Source: Chromatiaceae bacterium
GTDB lineage: Bacteria; Pseudomonadota; Gammaproteobacteria; Chromatiales; Chromatiaceae
Assembly (NCBI GenBank): GCA_024235415.1
Contig: JACKML010000010.1
Span: forward strand, 5,210 to 69,209
DNA length: 64,000 nt
Direction of reading: 5' to 3'
Part shown: positions 61,873 through 64,000 of the stretch, in pieces
How the letters are laid out: each line of letters starts with the position of its first letter
Position numbering within the stretch: the first letter of the stretch is position 1
Program-made: the position numbers and the translations under genes
The notes under the pieces: generated by a model
Seen by the model: the letters and a program-made list of their open reading frames with translations, nothing else
Databases searched by the model: none
What the model was told of the DNA's origin: nothing

Positions 61873-61962
61873 TGGCGGAGAGAGAGGGATTCGAACCCTC
61901 GATGGAGTTTCCCCCATACACCCTTAGCAGGGGTGCGCCTTCAGCCACTCGGCCATCTCTCC
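61873..61962 (-). tRNA. tRNA-Ser(GCT)
   Basis: GGAGAGATGGCCGAGTGGCTGAAGGCGCACCCCT-GCT-AAGGGTG...long variable arm...GAGGGTTCGAATCCCTCTCTCTCCGCCA, 90 nt. Confidence 0.97.
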
Positions 61963-62014
61963 AATACTTTCCACGTGGCGCACCAATGGCCCTGCGGACC
62001 ATGTCGGGGTGCGC

Positions 62015-62184
62015 GATTACTCGGGACTGTGTCCCTCGCCCCTTCGGGGCCGCCGTCGCCATGCGCCGGCGTTCTGCGACAGCCTTTGGCTGTCTGGTCA
62101 GCCACTCGGCCATCTCTCCAATACTTTCCACGTGGCGCACCAATGGCCCTGCGGACCATGCCGAGGCGCGCGATTACCCGGGAC
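62015..62184 (-). repeat. Second four-hairpin element plus duplicated tRNA-Ser 5' end and leader (157-bp period)
   Basis: 62098-62160 is identical to 61941-62003 (63 bp, including the first 22 nt of the tRNA). 62015-62097 is a structural homologue of 61708-61785. Confidence 0.8.
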
Positions 62185-62293
62185 AAAGCCCTATGCGTAC
62201 AACGCGAGAGTCACATCAGGCGAATGTATGCTTTTGCGGGACAGCGCTGGACGCCCGTTTCCAACTACGGCGTCGCACCACTTCCGGCGTAAG

Positions 62294-62479
62294 TCAGCTT
62301 TCTGCCGAGTCGCCGTTCTCGCGTTTGATCCGGTCGTAAATCTCCTCGCGGTGCACAGAGACATCGCGCGGTGCATTTACGCCGATCCTTACCTGGTTGC
62401 CTTTCACCCCCAATACGGTGACGGTTACTTCGTCGCCGATCATCAGGGTTTCTCCAACTCTACGCGTCAGAATCAACAT
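62294..62479 (-). CDS. csrA: Carbon storage regulator CsrA
   Basis: [48 protein letters not shown]. Confidence 0.98.
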   Translation of the reverse strand: MLILTRRVGETLMIGDEVTVTVLGVKGNQVRIGVNAPRDVSVHREEIYDRIKRENGDSAES

Positions 62480-62634
62480 GGAAGTACTCCTTTCCAACAC
62501 ATCGGCGAGACCTTCTTGATCCCTGGGACTCTCCCGTTGTGTCCGTTTGCCAACCCAGCCCCGGTTTTAATTATGGATCAGGGGCGCGGCAATTCTAGCA
62601 ACATCCTCGCCGCAGCAGAAGGTAAAAACCGCGT

Positions 62635-63864
62635 TCAGGCCGCGCTTTCTTCAGCCAATTCAAATGCCTCGTGCAGGGTGCGGACGCCCAGTTCCAGGTA
62701 TTTTTCGTCGACGACGACAGAGATTTTGATCTCGGAAGTGGAAATCATCTGGATATTGATCCCCTCTTTCGACAGCGCGGCAAACATCTTGCTGGCAATA
62801 CCGGCGTGCGAACGCATGCCCACGCCGACCAACGAGATCTTGACGATCTTGTTGTCACCGACGACCTCGCGCGCACCCAGTTCGTTCGCGGTCGAGTTGA
62901 GGATCCCGAGGGCCTTCTTGTAATCGCCACGGTTCACGGTGAAGGTGAAATCGGTGGTCCCGTCTTTGGCGATGTTCTGCACGATCATATCGACCTCGAC
63001 GTTGGCATCGCCGATCGGCCCGAGGATCTTGTAGGCAACGCCGGGCTGATCCGGAACGCCACGAATCGTCAACTTGGCTTCGTCGCGATTGAACGCGATA
63101 CCGGCAATTTTCGCTGCTTCCACGCCTTCTTCCTCCAGGGTAATCAGGGTGCCTGCGCCGCCGTCTTCGAAGCTGGACAGCACACGCAACGGCACATTGT
63201 ATTTGCCGGCAAACTCAACCGAACGGATCTGCAACACTTTGGAACCGAGGCTGGCCATTTCCAGCATCTCTTCGAACGTGATGCGGTCGAGCTTGCGCGC
63301 CTTCGGTTCAACCCGGGGGTCGGTGGTGTATACACCGTCCACGTCGGTAAAGATCTGGCATTCATCGGCCTTCAACGCCGCGGCCATCGCCACCGCGGTC
63401 GTGTCGGACCCACCGCGCCCGAGGGTGGTGATATCACCCATCTCGTCGACACCCTGGAAACCTGCCACCACGACCACCCGGCCGGCCTTGATGTCGGCAC
63501 AGACACGGGCGTGATCGATGTCCATGATGCGCGCCTTGGAATGCGCACTGTCAGTCAGAATATGAACCTGGGCGCCGGTATACGAGCGCGCATCACAGCC
63601 GATGTCCTGCAGCGCCATGCACAGCAATGCGATGGTGACCTGTTCGCCGGTCGAAACCAGCACGTCCATCTCGCGCGGATTGGGATTCTCGGTGATGTCG
63701 TTCGCCAGCGCGATCAGACGGTTGGTCTCACCGGACATTGCGGAAACCACCACGACCACGTCATCCCCGGCATCGCGGTGACGCTTCACCCGTGTTGCCA
63801 CATTGCGGATACGCTCCACCGAGCCAACCGAGGTGCCGCCGAATTTCTGCACGATAAGTGCCAT
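62635..63864 (-). CDS. lysC: Aspartate kinase
   Basis: VQKFGGTSVG, TTLGRGGSDTTAVA, and two ACT domains. Confidence 0.97.
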   Translation of the reverse strand: MALIVQKFGGTSVGSVERIRNVATRVKRHRDAGDDVVVVVSAMSGETNRLIALANDITENPNPREMDVLVSTGEQVTIALLCMALQDIGCDARSYTGAQVHILTDSAHSKARIMDIDHARVCADIKAGRVVVVAGFQGVDEMGDITTLGRGGSDTTAVAMAAALKADECQIFTDVDGVYTTDPRVEPKARKLDRITFEEMLEMASLGSKVLQIRSVEFAGKYNVPLRVLSSFEDGGAGTLITLEEEGVEAAKIAGIAFNRDEAKLTIRGVPDQPGVAYKILGPIGDANVEVDMIVQNIAKDGTTDFTFTVNRGDYKKALGILNSTANELGAREVVGDNKIVKISLVGVGMRSHAGIASKMFAALSKEGINIQMISTSEIKISVVVDEKYLELGVRTLHEAFELAEESAA

Positions 63865-64000
63865 GTCGCTACCCGAACCCCACGAGGAAATTGCGCACCG
63901 GCAGTTGCCAGCGCAAAGAAAGCGCGCGATTTAACACCATTTCAGCGCCGACTTAAAGCCTCTCGGCCGCCCAACTGCGCGCCAACTCCAGCGCCTTGGG

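Noticed and set aside
61364-62339. ORFs of 164-259 aa over the tRNA-Ser region
   Set aside because: They overlap the tRNA and repeats and show no protein motifs.

Overview
A GC-rich (about 65%, estimated by eye) gammaproteobacterial chromosome segment. Gene content suggests a Chromatiales-like, probably sulfur-oxidising organism (inference). The backbone is housekeeping: oxyR-rubrerythrin-Fe-S oxidoreductase, cpdA, arsC-wrbA-hda, purMN, dcd, pckA, apbC/metG, rsxABCDGE-nth, metA, yceJI, and lysC-csrA-tRNA-Ser(GCT)...tRNA-Arg(ACG). Several accessory pieces are interleaved. (1) A two-gene candidate nucleotide-signalling or defence module at 52.2-55.5 kb: an NDT/DRHyd-like + ASK1-type TPR + SLOG protein followed by a patatin phospholipase. 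This is the best candidate for an uncharacterised system. (2) An EGKCG-repeat MNIO (DUF692) RiPP cluster with a 10-Cys precursor at 41.7-44.5 kb. (3) An RpfC-like sensor kinase between rsxE and nth, with no rpfF in the window. (4) A thioredoxin/TolC/adaptor operon with no inner-membrane pump. (5) A decayed islet between the two tRNAs (ParDE toxin-antitoxin, RHS fragment, broken lipoprotein genes). (6) A four-hairpin RtT-like element on both sides of tRNA-Ser, each copy accompanied by a duplicated tRNA end. All calls come from reading motifs by eye. No database searches were run, and several start codons are best estimates.
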